A stretch of DNA of 62,532 nucleotides, the filler included, from Stramenopiles sp. TOSAG23-2 (Eukaryota): the NCBI GenBank assembly GCA_900128395.1. It is 3 parts of 3 records of this genome, joined end to end, with 100 filler letters (N's around TTAATTAATTAA, not from the genome) between each part and the next. Parts side by side here need not be neighbours in the genome. Positions count along the whole stretch, not along the records: positions 1 to 30,373 come from LT649383.1; 2 more parts are not named here. One strand, given 5' to 3'. The notes beneath the pieces were generated by a model. It made no database searches, was not told the origin of the DNA, and worked only from the letters and a program-made list of their open reading frames with translations. Numbering within the stretch: the first letter of the stretch is position 1; every line of letters starts with the position of its first letter. Below are positions 10,659 to 22,430 of the stretch, piece by piece. The translations under genes were made by a program, and so were the position numbers.

Positions 10659-12227
10659 ATGGAAACGTTAACACCGCGGCGTGGTAAATCAAATTCTACA
10701 TCTTCGCCATTCGCTGCTTTGCGCAGACACAGTTTACAGAAGAAAAACAAAAAAATAGTCGATGGTAAAACTATCAAAGACCCTGCATTTAAAGCATTAT
10801 TTCAGGACATTATGATGCTGGAAATTTTTTTAAATGATATGAATTTACAAGCTGTGAGATTGCTTGAAACAATGGGTCCTTTTTGTTTAAACTCGTTAAA
10901 AATGTCGGAGATGGTATGCGAGTTTGAAAATTGCGCAGAAGAGTACGAGAAAGATGCGCGTTTTTATCATGCAGTCGTCTCCTCGTCCATGGGAAGTGGA
11001 AGTGGTGATGGCTTTCAAAACTTTGTTGAAGAATTAGAGGATATGGTGTTTACCCCGATAAATCTACAATTAAATGCCATAAATGAGATGAAATTAAAAT
11101 TGGTGGAAAGGGAAAATATCAAAACTATTTTAGATAAAAAAGAGAAGGTTTTGAAGAAAATACGTAACATGAACACGAAAAAAGTAAAAAATTATAATCA
11201 GAAACTGAAAGAAAGTGAAGATGAATATAACAATCTCCTTCAAGAATACAATTCAGTGCATCAATATCTATTCGATACAATGAATGGCTTGTCTACATAC
11301 AAAGGGAGCATAGTATTGAATGTATTAAATGGTTTAAAAAAAGCACAATTAAGATTTTTTTCTAATGCGACTGCATCATTGCGCGTATGCGTAAAAAATT
11401 TAACTTCAAAGGATGATCGTACAGAATCTATATCAAAATCTGAATTATCGAAGGAATTGGATGACCGGGCATCAAAATCCATTATCAAAGTAGATGATAT
11501 ATTGAAACAAGTCCATTTAGAAGAAAAACAGGAAAAGGAAAAGCAAAGAAAAAACAAAAGAAAGGAGAGGCGAAAATCAAAAAATAATGGTAAAAATAAA
11601 CAGTCTGAACAAATACGAGAAATGAAAGTAGATGAAATAATTATACCCGTGGGGATCAAGCAAAGTTCTACAAATACAGCAAATCCATTGGTTCATGAAG
11701 AATCTATGCCATCAAATAATGAAGAAATCAATGAATCTGACGATAAATATAATAATAATAATAATAACGAAAGAGAAAGGATAACCAATGTAGACAAGAT
11801 GAATGTACAAAATGAAAAGAATTTTGAAGAAATGACACCATTACGTAAACGGTGGTTGGAAAAACAGAAAATTGCGGCAAAAAATAATAATAGAAGTGGA
11901 GACGATGATAATAATAAAGAGCAGGAAGTAAATGGGAATGGTGATGATGATATATTTTCGGATACGGACAATGATAACAAGATGCATTTAGAATCAAGAA
12001 GTATAACCGCAAATGATATAAAAGAGATACTAACGACATTAAAATTAAAATATGATGCAGGTCAAATAACAAAAGTGGATAAAAAGAAAGTGAAAAAATT
12101 ATTAAAAGGTGGAAAATTTAATGAAGCTATTGAATATATGGGTAACGCAATAACACAGAAATTACAAGATGATGAAGACAAGGCAAGACAGGTAAGAAAA
12201 AATAAAGATGATTTTACATTTGATTAA
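10659..12227 (+). CDS. BAR-domain-like protein with low-complexity C-terminus (copy 1)
   Basis: Helical pattern VFTPINLQL..INEMK..L..RE...KLKESEDEY..L.QEYN..H..L..AQLRFF resembles BAR helices 2-3; first ATG at 10659. Confidence 0.6.
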   Translation: METLTPRRGKSNSTSSPFAALRRHSLQKKNKKIVDGKTIKDPAFKALFQDIMMLEIFLNDMNLQAVRLLETMGPFCLNSLKMSEMVCEFENCAEEYEKDARFYHAVVSSSMGSGSGDGFQNFVEELEDMVFTPINLQLNAINEMKLKLVERENIKTILDKKEKVLKKIRNMNTKKVKNYNQKLKESEDEYNNLLQEYNSVHQYLFDTMNGLSTYKGSIVLNVLNGLKKAQLRFFSNATASLRVCVKNLTSKDDRTESISKSELSKELDDRASKSIIKVDDILKQVHLEEKQEKEKQRKNKRKERRKSKNNGKNKQSEQIREMKVDEIIIPVGIKQSSTNTANPLVHEESMPSNNEEINESDDKYNNNNNNERERITNVDKMNVQNEKNFEEMTPLRKRWLEKQKIAAKNNNRSGDDDNNKEQEVNGNGDDDIFSDTDNDNKMHLESRSITANDIKEILTTLKLKYDAGQITKVDKKKVKKLLKGGKFNEAIEYMGNAITQKLQDDEDKARQVRKNKDDFTFD

Positions 12228-12645
12228 TATTACTGAACTCACGCGTATATAGAAGTAATAGCATGCACTAGCGCTGCCGTATTAATATTTTAATTATATA
12301 AGTGGATCCGGATCCCGACGTTGAAGTCTTTTATCTCTATTCCTGAAATATCAATTTACATATTTTATTTATCAACATAAAAATATCCATAAAAAAAGGT
12401 GCAAAAATGTAGAATTTTTTACAAAAAATGCTCTGTAGACTTGCAAGACTAAGATCCTATTTAAAATAGTGGAAAAAGTGTCAAAATATGAAACAAATAA
12501 CACTATTCATAATGGATGTTGGCGTTAGAGCATGACATGTATCATACGTATAATTATATATAAAAAATTCTCTTACTTAAAATTTAAAAAGATTTTATTT
12601 ACTCATAAATATATATAATATGTAAACACTAAAAACGATGAATAC

Positions 12646-12883
12646 TTATAATAATATGTCAAAAGTAATTTCATAAAATGGAAAAGATATAACCGTATCC
12701 TCATGCAATTCCTTATATTGATTTCCGTATTTAAAAAATCCCGTTATGCTTATGCCCCGGTCCTCATCATGGAAGTTCTCAATTCTTGTATCGGTATAGA
12801 TATTTTTTTTTGATTGACCGACGTGCGTCAGAATAGAGTCATTCCTGATGTGTTCCTCATGCAATTCCTTATATTGATTTCCG
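12646..12883 (-). pseudogene. 3' remnant of the 156-bp-repeat ORF, cut by the duplication breakpoint
   Basis: Matches 24418-24655; keeps only about 1.2 repeat units and lacks the ATG-bearing 5' end. Confidence 0.8.
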
Positions 12884-12978
12884 CGAAGGTAGTATATACA
12901 TCGATAGATATAAAAAGATAGTCGTCTATATAAAACACATCAATAAATTCTATATTAATAAAAAGATAATAAGAAACA

Positions 12979-13512
12979 ATGTATTCGTTATCTGACTTTG
13001 AAAAAGCAGAACGGAGCAACTGGTCATTAAAAATACAATCTTATATTATATATTTTATGATTACAACATGTTTGGGACCGTATCAAATAGGAAATGGTAT
13101 GAACGGGTGCAGATATTATGTCCCGCCGCAAACCATAAGCGACTGGAAGAAACATTACGAGTTATTTGGAGAGCCTCCAGTTAAAACAGCTGAATATATG
13201 CGGAGACGCGGAAGGAAACGCCGTATTAACAATATTGTACAAGACAGAATCATTCAAATAATAGAAGCAAATCCTGTATTATATCTAGACGAAATACAAG
13301 ACATTGTGCATGGAGAAACAAATACATGGTTTTCAATTCAGTCTATCTCTAATTGTTTGAAAAAAAATGGTTTTACACGTAAAGTCTTGGAAGAAAGAGC
13401 GGTACAAGCTTGCGAGGAAGAGCAGAGGCTGTACAAACATTGTTTAAGCTTGGTGCCAGACCCAAGAATGCTGATGTTCATAGACGAAACTCATAAATCA
13501 AGGGGTGACAGT
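12979..13512 (+). mobile_element. Truncated IS630/Tc1/mariner-family transposase (HTH region plus first catalytic Asp)
   Basis: TISDWKKHY..G, GRKR, NPVLYLDEIQ, SIQSISNCLKKNGFTRK and MFIDETHK (first D of DDE); no second D or E; ORF runs into unrelated sequence to 13614; no TIRs seen; 3' limit approximate. Confidence 0.85.
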
Positions 13513-13788
13513 TTCATTTGCTTCAATCTCACATACAAGGGATATGATATATTTTACAATGTCAACAGTATCCTTTTTGTTGCAAATGATATCTTTCGCA
13601 ATATTTTCACGTGAAACGTTATTATAATTGCTTATTCTTTCATCATATATAGTTTGATATGTGAAATTTGATAAATCGCATCGATTTGTTAAACGATACT
13701 CTGTAACAGTTTCATGGAGTTGTATCATTTCATCTTTACCTGGTAAAAGTATCAAAAGTAGATCACATAGATGTTTTGTGGCATCATT
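13498..13788 (-). pseudogene. Captured fragment of an unidentified coding sequence in the duplication spacer
   Basis: Stop-free frame NDATKHLCDLLLILLPG...SLVCEIEANE between the transposase fragment and the copy-2 start; not found elsewhere in the window. Confidence 0.4.
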
Positions 13789-14477
13789 AGTCAAATTATT
13801 CTTGGTAATTTTTTTTTTTTTAATGTTTGTAAATGACGTCGCAGTCAGTGGTGGGTTTTTTGTCATGTTATCAATCTCTGTCGTAATTGTTTTTGTCTGT
13901 CTGTTTGTTTGTTTGTGTCTAGTATCTTTTACTTTTTGTTTGTTTGTATTTGTTTTTTGATTTGGTCTATTATACATATAGTCTTCTATGCTCCCGGTTC
14001 CCGCGTCGTCGTATTAAATATTTTTTAGTACAAATATCAAAATGGTATTTTTATGATTAAATATAATATATATAGTGTATTTAAATTAATTAGACTACAT
14101 AAAGTAAATATTTGCATAATTAGTATAGACACAGCATAAATACTATGTTAATGTTAGGGTTAGGGTTCATGCTCGTTTTTTGCTTTTTTGCCTTTTTGCG
14201 GTACCTCTCCCCCCCCCCGACCACCGGACCAAAAACGGAGCGGCTCTATATTAATAGTGTGGTGAGACACGGCACCATGACAAATTTATTAATGCATCAT
14301 TCACATCACAAATAATAGCACAAATATGGACTAAATATATGTATTTGTATGTTCACATTATTTATTTTAATAATAATAATAATATCCTTGATGCAAATTT
14401 AAAATCAAAAATGAAGATGCAAAAAACAAAATATTTAATCCCCTATACAACAATAAAAAGACGCTACTAGCTTTAAT

Positions 14478-15269
14478 ATGTCACATCCAAATGAAAATAT
14501 TTTCTCTTGCTGTGTGGGGGGCTATAAAAGTGAAAGGCCATTGGTTTTATCCATCAAAATAATAAAGAGTAAGATTCAAAAGGCAGAAACAGAATTAAAA
14601 GAAGCAGATGGTGATGATGACGATGCTAAAATCGAAATAAAGAAATATAAAAGAATATTGGATTCTACACAACGCTTAAATGAAATAAAAAAGCTATTGT
14701 ATCGTGGTGAGTATGATGTTAATTGGCGCTCAAAGGAATTTCCAAATCATTCAGCTTTGCATCAAGCAGCGAAATTTGGACATAGCGATATCATTCACCA
14801 CTTATTGCGAGCGGGTTGGGATGTCAATAGACGAAATGAGTATAAACAAACACCATTGATGATGGCAGCCTTATTTGGAAATATACGATGTACAAAAGTT
14901 TTATTGAACATGGGTGCAAAAATGTTTATAAAAGATAAAACTGGATTCACTGCTATGGGATATTGTGAAAAAAATATAAAACAAAAAAATAAAAAAGAGA
15001 AATCCTGTACAAAAATTATGTCGATATTCCATGATTATTATGAGAAGCGTAAAGAAGCGCTTGAAGAATTCAAAGAAGAGGAAGAAAACATAGCAAGTGC
15101 ACAAAAAGATGCAAGGCAAGATCAAGAAGTGGATTTCGATGACAATAGTAATGACGACGATGATGAATTAGAGATAGAAGAAGAAGGGAGCGAGTATGAT
15201 GACGGTGAAGAAATGGATGATAATGATGACGACGACGATGGATATCAATCATTTTTTAATACATATTAA
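14478..15269 (+). CDS. Ankyrin-repeat protein (copy 2)
   Basis: Translation identical to 2706-3497. Confidence 0.9.
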   Translation: MSHPNENIFSCCVGGYKSERPLVLSIKIIKSKIQKAETELKEADGDDDDAKIEIKKYKRILDSTQRLNEIKKLLYRGEYDVNWRSKEFPNHSALHQAAKFGHSDIIHHLLRAGWDVNRRNEYKQTPLMMAALFGNIRCTKVLLNMGAKMFIKDKTGFTAMGYCEKNIKQKNKKEKSCTKIMSIFHDYYEKRKEALEEFKEEEENIASAQKDARQDQEVDFDDNSNDDDDELEIEEEGSEYDDGEEMDDNDDDDDGYQSFFNTY

Positions 15270-15633
15270 TCGGGGGCACAAATGTGTCAATGACGCCCAT
15301 GACAGGAATTATAAATGTGGAGGTTGATGAATAAATTGCAAAATTTTATGTTGGGTTTTAGAGGAGAATTGACAAGAGCTCAAATTGAAGAGCATGGTAG
15401 AGTTAGAGTTGAACGAAAGACAAAATCGAAGGTTTGAGTGCATTGAAAGTTGACACATCAAAATGTATTTTTGGTTCAATCGTTATTTTGACAATTGCTT
15501 GATTATGATCGGAAATGTTTATCCGTAATTTTTGAGCATAGTATTAACCGCGGGATGTAAAATTATTTTCGACGAGTATATTTTTTAATTAAGAAACCTC
15601 TCTTAGATTTTAAAAAATCCATAATCATTCTTT

Positions 15634-17259
15634 TTATTCCTCATAAACATTACTTAATGCTCGCGAAGCCCTTGTCAACTGATCTTTCGCTGAATCAGCA
15701 ATTACCCAACTGGTTCTCTTCGTTTTTTTATGTATAAAATAGTTTTTTCCTGAAGTTTGATCATGTTGGATATTATAATCTTTACTAGTGGCTAATTCCC
15801 ATTTTGTTTCCCCGGTATCTTTATTGTGGTAATATACTTTGCTACTATTAGGGTCAATATGCGCTTCCCACGATTCTTTACTGGTGTTGTCTGTTTTGTT
15901 ATCGGTCCTAGACTTTTCCAACGAAATATCACTCGATTGAAAGTCATTGCCTTCGGTTCTAGTATTACGTACATCATCATTCCATTCACTGGTAGTCTCA
16001 CCAAGGTCAGTTCCAAAATTATTTTCTAATATCTGGTCATCCGCCTCATCATCACCAAGTGCAAAATCCCAATCGCCAAATGCGTCTGCCATATCATCCA
16101 TGATTGAATTTGCTGTTGTTTTTACGGTATGCCTTTGCATTGTATCCGCAACCGATCCGCGTCGTATCTTACTGATTGCACTATTACCATTATTAACATT
16201 TTGTTTGCGGCTGGTATTGGAAGCGTTTGGTTGGTATTGGACTAATAACTGATGCATTTCTGCATTTTTGCTATCGGTAATAATTTGCAATATTTTATTA
16301 TCTGCATATCTTATTATTATCGTTTTGTTTGTTTCCATCGTAATGCTGTTGATAGATGCGTAACTTATGACAACAGCCACATCGGTATCGTTCCCGTTTA
16401 GTGTCGTACCTTTCCAATTTATCCCCAAACGACCATTGGAAATAACCGTTACAGTTTTTGAAAATGAATATTTCACGTTGAAAAAGGCACTACCATATTC
16501 GTTACTGCACAATTTTTTGTAATCATATATAAATTCTTTCATTATGTGCAGCTGATCATCTTTCTCAATCAACTTGTTATATGCCTTTATAATATCTTGC
16601 ACCAATAATTTTGCTTCTTTTTTTGTTCTACCGTTTTGCTTATTTCCCGGATCTGGCACTAACTTTTTGAAGTTATCTTTTATTTTCTTTTTTATGGTTT
16701 TTAGAAATTTTTTGTTTTTATTACCATCATTTTCAAAGAATAACTTCGTTGCTGCAAAACGGGGTAGGTCCTTTGTCTGAATTTTATAATCGTCTTTTAG
16801 TATATGCTCGGTCAAATCAACATATGTTAATCGCAATGCATTGTCCATGGTGCTATTTGCATTTTCAGCTAATATATCTAAAGGATCGTTTGGCTCATAC
16901 TTCCACCTTTTTAAAATAAAAGTCACATCGTCATCATCAATATGATCTTGTTTTGCCTCCCATCTAACAACAACACCAAGTATAAATTCATCTTTTTTAC
17001 AAAGTCGAGGCTCTAACCCATTATGGCATTCATATATTGCAAGCACATCTTCCGGTGTTGTCAAATTAATGCGATGGATATTAACAATTTCTCGTAGAAC
17101 GTCTGCCATCGTAGTCCTAGATGAACAATTTACTCGATCAACTTGGCCATCCAACAAACGGATTGGTATTTTCACTTCATACAAGTGATCATCATTGATT
17201 AACGCTTGGTTAATGTTTTCTATCGTCCATTGCTCGTTGCGCAATGCTGCACCACGCAT
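15634..17259 (-). CDS. FERM-like/WW protein (copy 2)
   Basis: Translation identical to copy 1. Confidence 0.75.
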   Translation of the reverse strand: MRGAALRNEQWTIENINQALINDDHLYEVKIPIRLLDGQVDRVNCSSRTTMADVLREIVNIHRINLTTPEDVLAIYECHNGLEPRLCKKDEFILGVVVRWEAKQDHIDDDDVTFILKRWKYEPNDPLDILAENANSTMDNALRLTYVDLTEHILKDDYKIQTKDLPRFAATKLFFENDGNKNKKFLKTIKKKIKDNFKKLVPDPGNKQNGRTKKEAKLLVQDIIKAYNKLIEKDDQLHIMKEFIYDYKKLCSNEYGSAFFNVKYSFSKTVTVISNGRLGINWKGTTLNGNDTDVAVVISYASINSITMETNKTIIIRYADNKILQIITDSKNAEMHQLLVQYQPNASNTSRKQNVNNGNSAISKIRRGSVADTMQRHTVKTTANSIMDDMADAFGDWDFALGDDEADDQILENNFGTDLGETTSEWNDDVRNTRTEGNDFQSSDISLEKSRTDNKTDNTSKESWEAHIDPNSSKVYYHNKDTGETKWELATSKDYNIQHDQTSGKNYFIHKKTKRTSWVIADSAKDQLTRASRALSNVYEE

Positions 17260-18928
17260 TGCCAAAGACGATTTTCGCCGTTTTGTACCACTGGTGAAGA
17301 AGCCTCTTAAGCTTAACCGCCTGCTTGTTGATTACCCATGACTTACTATATATGTATATATATATATATATGACTAGGTATTAAATTATGGAGAGTGTGA
17401 TTGTATGCAAATATATATGTTCGTTTCTGGTTGAATATATATATGTCCGTATACAATTTATGATATTAAAATCTATACATACGTATATATATATCAATTT
17501 ACATCTTTTTATTTGATGATGTTCCTAGTTGTTTTTAGTTCAATACTATCCCATTCTATTTATTCAATAATAATTATTATTATTCAATTCAATATTTTTG
17601 AATATTATTGCAAAGAATAGTACCTGGATAATACATGGAATAGCACTAAATCTACCTCTCTGGGCGGACTACACCCAACAAAGCACCCATCAATAAAGTG
17701 TGGATTAAGGTTATTTGATAGGGGCGATATGGGCCAGTTTAATACTAGGTAGCTCAGCTAGTCGTCTACTGATATAGTCGTCTATTAGACTAATACCCTC
17801 CTCCGCTCTATCAAAGTCTGTAGTTTGTCCAACTTCTTCACTGAATATAAAGATGCAGATGAACGTACAGATGTGTGTTCCAACCAAAACGATTTATTTC
17901 ATTATTTAGAATTATAGGTGGGGGATATTAATCGTTTCATTTTTTTTTCATATTTTAAAGTGCATAAAAACTAATTAACAATTAGCATACCAATAGCACT
18001 ACTGCCTTTTTCATAAATGTAAACAACTACTATATCCGCAACAACGTTTTATAGATCAAAAATAGAAAAAAATAGAAAAAGTGCAAAACATTCACACATA
18101 TTATAAGAGATGCATCAAAACAAAAAAAAAGTAAAAAAGAGGAAGATGATGAAGAAGCCGTTTTCCTTTAAAAATATTTCGTTAAATATATATATCTTGT
18201 CGATGCGGGCATAGAGTCTTGCTTGCCGCATATATAAGGAAAGATTATGTCATGTATATATATATGATGCGTCATCGTATGTTTTAATGGTGTTGTAAAT
18301 AATTAGTTTTACTTAAAATATATGTATATATATATTAATATACGATAATGTATACCTGTAAAATATAAGTATTATATTAGCTGTGTCACATACCACGCGG
18401 TACAATATATCGATATATGCACAGTAAATTAAGGGAAATTGTATTTGATAATCTAATCTACATTCGAACAAATCATCATGGGTAGTCTAATATAATGGTA
18501 GAGCTACTGTACGCGTGCGTACTACTGGTGTACGCTGTTGGAATATATTCGTAATATTCCTTATTATTACCAAGGTATTATACCAGGTAATTAATACTGT
18601 AACATCAATATGATATAATTTTATTAGTACATGTACAATTGTATATTAATATATATACATTAACATTAACTCCGCCGCTGTATAAATATTTTTACTATTG
18701 GCCTAATACTATTCTTCTAAACATTTTTTTGGTAGAACCCCTACAGTTCTGGAATAAAATCCATAAAAGGGTATCATAAGAATAGATTTATTCACGAATT
18801 ATCCATCAAATATTTCAAAACAAAGTATTTATATATAAAATATACAATTGTTCGCAGCGAATCGTCATCGATACCGATATAATAACGTTAATATAAAATA
18901 CCATAAAATTTAAATTACTTTGATACCA

Positions 18929-20470
18929 ATGTCTAACCAAAAAACTTTAAGGAAAATATCTATGTCAGAAATTAAAAAACATACGACACCCGATGATTGC
19001 TGGGTTGTATTAAATGGAAAAGTGTACGATTTGTCAACTTTCCATTCGGAGCATCCTGGTGGTTCTAGATTAATTACGAACAATGCGGGAAAGGATGCTA
19101 CTGCTCTATTTGCTCCTATACATCCTAAAGATATTACAGAAAGATTGTTACCTCCGGAAGCGTGCATTGGTATTGTTGACGTAAGTACGGTAGTGCCTGA
19201 TGATATCGTTGCTGGTAAAGAAAGTGCACCACCACGTGGCAACCAAGTGGCCAATAATACCGACAAAAATGACAACAACAACCATGCCGGAATTTATGTT
19301 AAACCAACTATTGATAAAATATTAAATATATACGATTTTGAATCTGTTGCTGCAAATACCATGACCGAAGAAGGTTGGGGATATTATTCCTCAGGTGCTG
19401 ATGATGAAATTACTTTGCGTGAAAATCATACTGCATTTCAACGTATATGGTTTAAACCACGAGTAATGGTCAATGTAAAAGATGTGGATATATCTAGTAA
19501 AATTTTAGGGTACAACACATCTATGCCGGTTTATTTTACGGCAACGGCACTTGGTAAATTAGCACATGAAGATGGGGAATTGGCGATTTCAAGGGCTGCA
19601 AATAAATCTAGATTAATATATATGTTGCCAACATTGAGCTCGTATACTTTGGATGAAATGTTGGAAGTGCGTGGGCCGGATCAAATACAATTTGGTCAGT
19701 TGTATGTTAACGCGGAGCGATCACGTTCAAAAGAATATGTGGAAAAACTGGAAAACGGTGGCTGCAAAGCTTTATTTATAACGGTGGATGCACCGCAACT
19801 AGGTAGGCGGGAGAAAGATATGCGGAATAAATTTACTGAAGATGCCGATGTGCAAAAAGATGATGATGTACAACGCGATGAAGGGGTTGCAAAAGCAATT
19901 AGTGCATTTATTGATCCAAGTTTGTCATGGGATGATTTGCCATGGTTTCAGAGTATAACTGAAATGCCAATCGTATTAAAAGGTGTGGCATGTGGCTTAG
20001 ATGCTGTGCAAGCATATAAATATGGTGTACAAGGAGTTGTTCTAAGTAATCACGGCGGTAGACAATTAGATACAGCAAGGTCTGGAATTGAAATTTTACC
20101 GGAGGTTGTGACTGCCTTGAGTAATCATGACCCAAATTGGAGGAAGCAATTTCAAGTATATGTTGACGGTGGTGTCAGGCGTGGTAGTGATATATTTAAA
20201 GCCCTTGCGCTCGGTGCAACAGCTGTCGGGATAGGTCGCCCAGTGTTGTACAGCTTAGCATCGTATGGGCAACCAGGCATTGAGCGTATGGTCGAATTGC
20301 TGAAAGATGAATTAATAATGTGCATGAGATTGATGGGTTGTCCAACCATTGCAGATATAACTGCTGATCATGTAATAGCAAAGAACCTAGATTCGCATAT
20401 ACCTGCGCAAGCAAGAGATCATTTGCATTTAGGTGTATATGAACCTATGAAGAGTATAAGTAAACTGTAG
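18929..20470 (+). CDS. CYB2: Flavocytochrome b2-like protein with SKL (copy 2)
   Basis: Same as copy 1 except Thr>Ala in the inter-domain linker (NNNHTG vs NNNHAG). Confidence 0.93.
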   Translation: MSNQKTLRKISMSEIKKHTTPDDCWVVLNGKVYDLSTFHSEHPGGSRLITNNAGKDATALFAPIHPKDITERLLPPEACIGIVDVSTVVPDDIVAGKESAPPRGNQVANNTDKNDNNNHAGIYVKPTIDKILNIYDFESVAANTMTEEGWGYYSSGADDEITLRENHTAFQRIWFKPRVMVNVKDVDISSKILGYNTSMPVYFTATALGKLAHEDGELAISRAANKSRLIYMLPTLSSYTLDEMLEVRGPDQIQFGQLYVNAERSRSKEYVEKLENGGCKALFITVDAPQLGRREKDMRNKFTEDADVQKDDDVQRDEGVAKAISAFIDPSLSWDDLPWFQSITEMPIVLKGVACGLDAVQAYKYGVQGVVLSNHGGRQLDTARSGIEILPEVVTALSNHDPNWRKQFQVYVDGGVRRGSDIFKALALGATAVGIGRPVLYSLASYGQPGIERMVELLKDELIMCMRLMGCPTIADITADHVIAKNLDSHIPAQARDHLHLGVYEPMKSISKL

Positions 20471-20972
20471 AAGGAAAGAAAAGGAGATTGTTATTTTCAT
20501 TTTTTTAAATAATTAATTTATATATTCGTAATATACTAGTATACATCATCATTATACGCATAATTATCATATCATATCATAGGGGAGGAACATTTGCATT
20601 ATCATTACTATTTTGTTTGGGTGGTAGGGTGGAGTTTTGATTAAAATTTTATTTTATAAGTAATAAACCAATTTTTATAAAAGAAGATATATAGTTTAAA
20701 TTATACGTATACCATACTATGATAGTTATATGTGCATATTATATGGTGCATCATTTATATATGAGCTGATAATAAGTGTCGTACGAAGTGTTCAATAATA
20801 ATGATATCATGAGTCAATTTTAAAATACAGAACTAAAAAATTATATGATAATACGCTTCATATGCGTAATTAAAAAAGTAGATTACTATTTCATTTTACG
20901 TATACTGGTATATTCGTATATTATATATATATATATTATATATATATATTATACGTGCACACATTACTTTTC

Positions 20973-21833
20973 TTAATCAAACATATCTCTTAATTGTTCT
21001 AATACGACAAAAATGATTACAACCCTAGGTCCAATACGTGCATAATTTGGCCCAAAGCCTTTCCATAAGGCTAACGCACCTTCTGATTTAGCTGTCTTCG
21101 TGAAACAATCCAACATATTATTATATTTACCTTCAGTAGCGGAACTATTCATCAATCTACTTCTTGCAACATCAAATGGATTCATACACCAACAACTAAC
21201 AATACCAGCAACTAATGCTGCTGTTACATGCACTTTTATTGAAGACCCTGTACTTTCAATAAAGACATATTTTAATATACCTTGTTTAACATCATCATAA
21301 ATGGCCAACTCCGACATAGCCCCAACACACGCTCTTGAAGCCGCAGGAATTGTCCCTCGATAAAAACCAAAAATCCCATCATTTTTTATAATATCACGAA
21401 TAATTTTTGCCATTTTAGGTCGTTTATTAGGGTCCCTTGTATTGTCTGCCATCATGCGAACTTTTAAAACGTCACTTGGTACAGCGAATGCACTACTACA
21501 TGTACCGGATATAGCACCAGCTAATATTTTTTTCCATAGTGGGCAGTTACCACTTGAATCCACTCCTAAACGCTTTTTAATCGGTTCGTAGGAACCATAC
21601 CTAGCACTACCGTAAGTCATTTGTCGTATCAACGCAGGCGACAAGCCTTTCCATAAAGCCCGAACGCCCTCTTTTCGCGATATTTGCTTAACAGCATCAA
21701 AAACACCCCCATACATTTTCTTCGCACCAAGTTCACCGGATAGTTGTAAACGAGTTTTAACAACGTCTATTGGGCACGTAATGCATTCTGCGGTACAACA
21801 AGCAACGCATGAGAACGCAAAGCCTTTTAACAT
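20973..21833 (-). CDS. Mitochondrial carrier (copy 2)
   Basis: Translation identical to 9201-10061. Confidence 0.93.
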   Translation of the reverse strand: MLKGFAFSCVACCTAECITCPIDVVKTRLQLSGELGAKKMYGGVFDAVKQISRKEGVRALWKGLSPALIRQMTYGSARYGSYEPIKKRLGVDSSGNCPLWKKILAGAISGTCSSAFAVPSDVLKVRMMADNTRDPNKRPKMAKIIRDIIKNDGIFGFYRGTIPAASRACVGAMSELAIYDDVKQGILKYVFIESTGSSIKVHVTAALVAGIVSCWCMNPFDVARSRLMNSSATEGKYNNMLDCFTKTAKSEGALALWKGFGPNYARIGPRVVIIFVVLEQLRDMFD

Positions 21834-22430
21834 GTTCTAACAATAATATCGTTGTTTATGTTTTTTAAATATATAAAGCATGGAGGGATGTGCGCGCGTG
21901 TGTGTTCCGGTATATATATAAGGTTGCAATATTAACACTATTACTTATTCCAAAACAACTTTGTAATATTATAATTTCTCTCCCCTCTCTCACTTTAAAT
22001 AATTATTATTATAGATGATATGCACACATGCACTACATGTATAGGGAATTATATATTTATCAGTTTAAGTGTTTAAGTATTTTAATATATTAATCCTTAA
22101 GATGGCGAGGAGCACACCACACTATAACTAACACCACAACAGGTGGTATTACGTATAATATTTTATAATAAATAATTCTGGCGGCAGCAATGTTACTCTG
22201 GTACAGTATTATAATTATTATTAGAATGATGTAATAAAAAATGGTTATTATTATAAATATAATTGAATTAATAAAACCCACAAAGTTGCCAAACATATAA
22301 TAATACCAAGGAATACAATAGTCGTATCCGGATATATCTATATCAATATATTTATAGAAGACAATAATATAATATAATATACTAAAAGCAATAAGTGAAT
22401 ATAAAATAAACACGAGTTTATCAATTGGAA

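Larger units (their letters stand above)
2017..12883 (+). repeat. Segmental direct duplication, copy 1 (10,867 bp)
   Basis: Matches 13789-24655 at a constant offset of 11,772; starts AGTCAAATTATTC, ends ATTGATTTCCG; all ORFs repeated. Confidence 0.97.
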
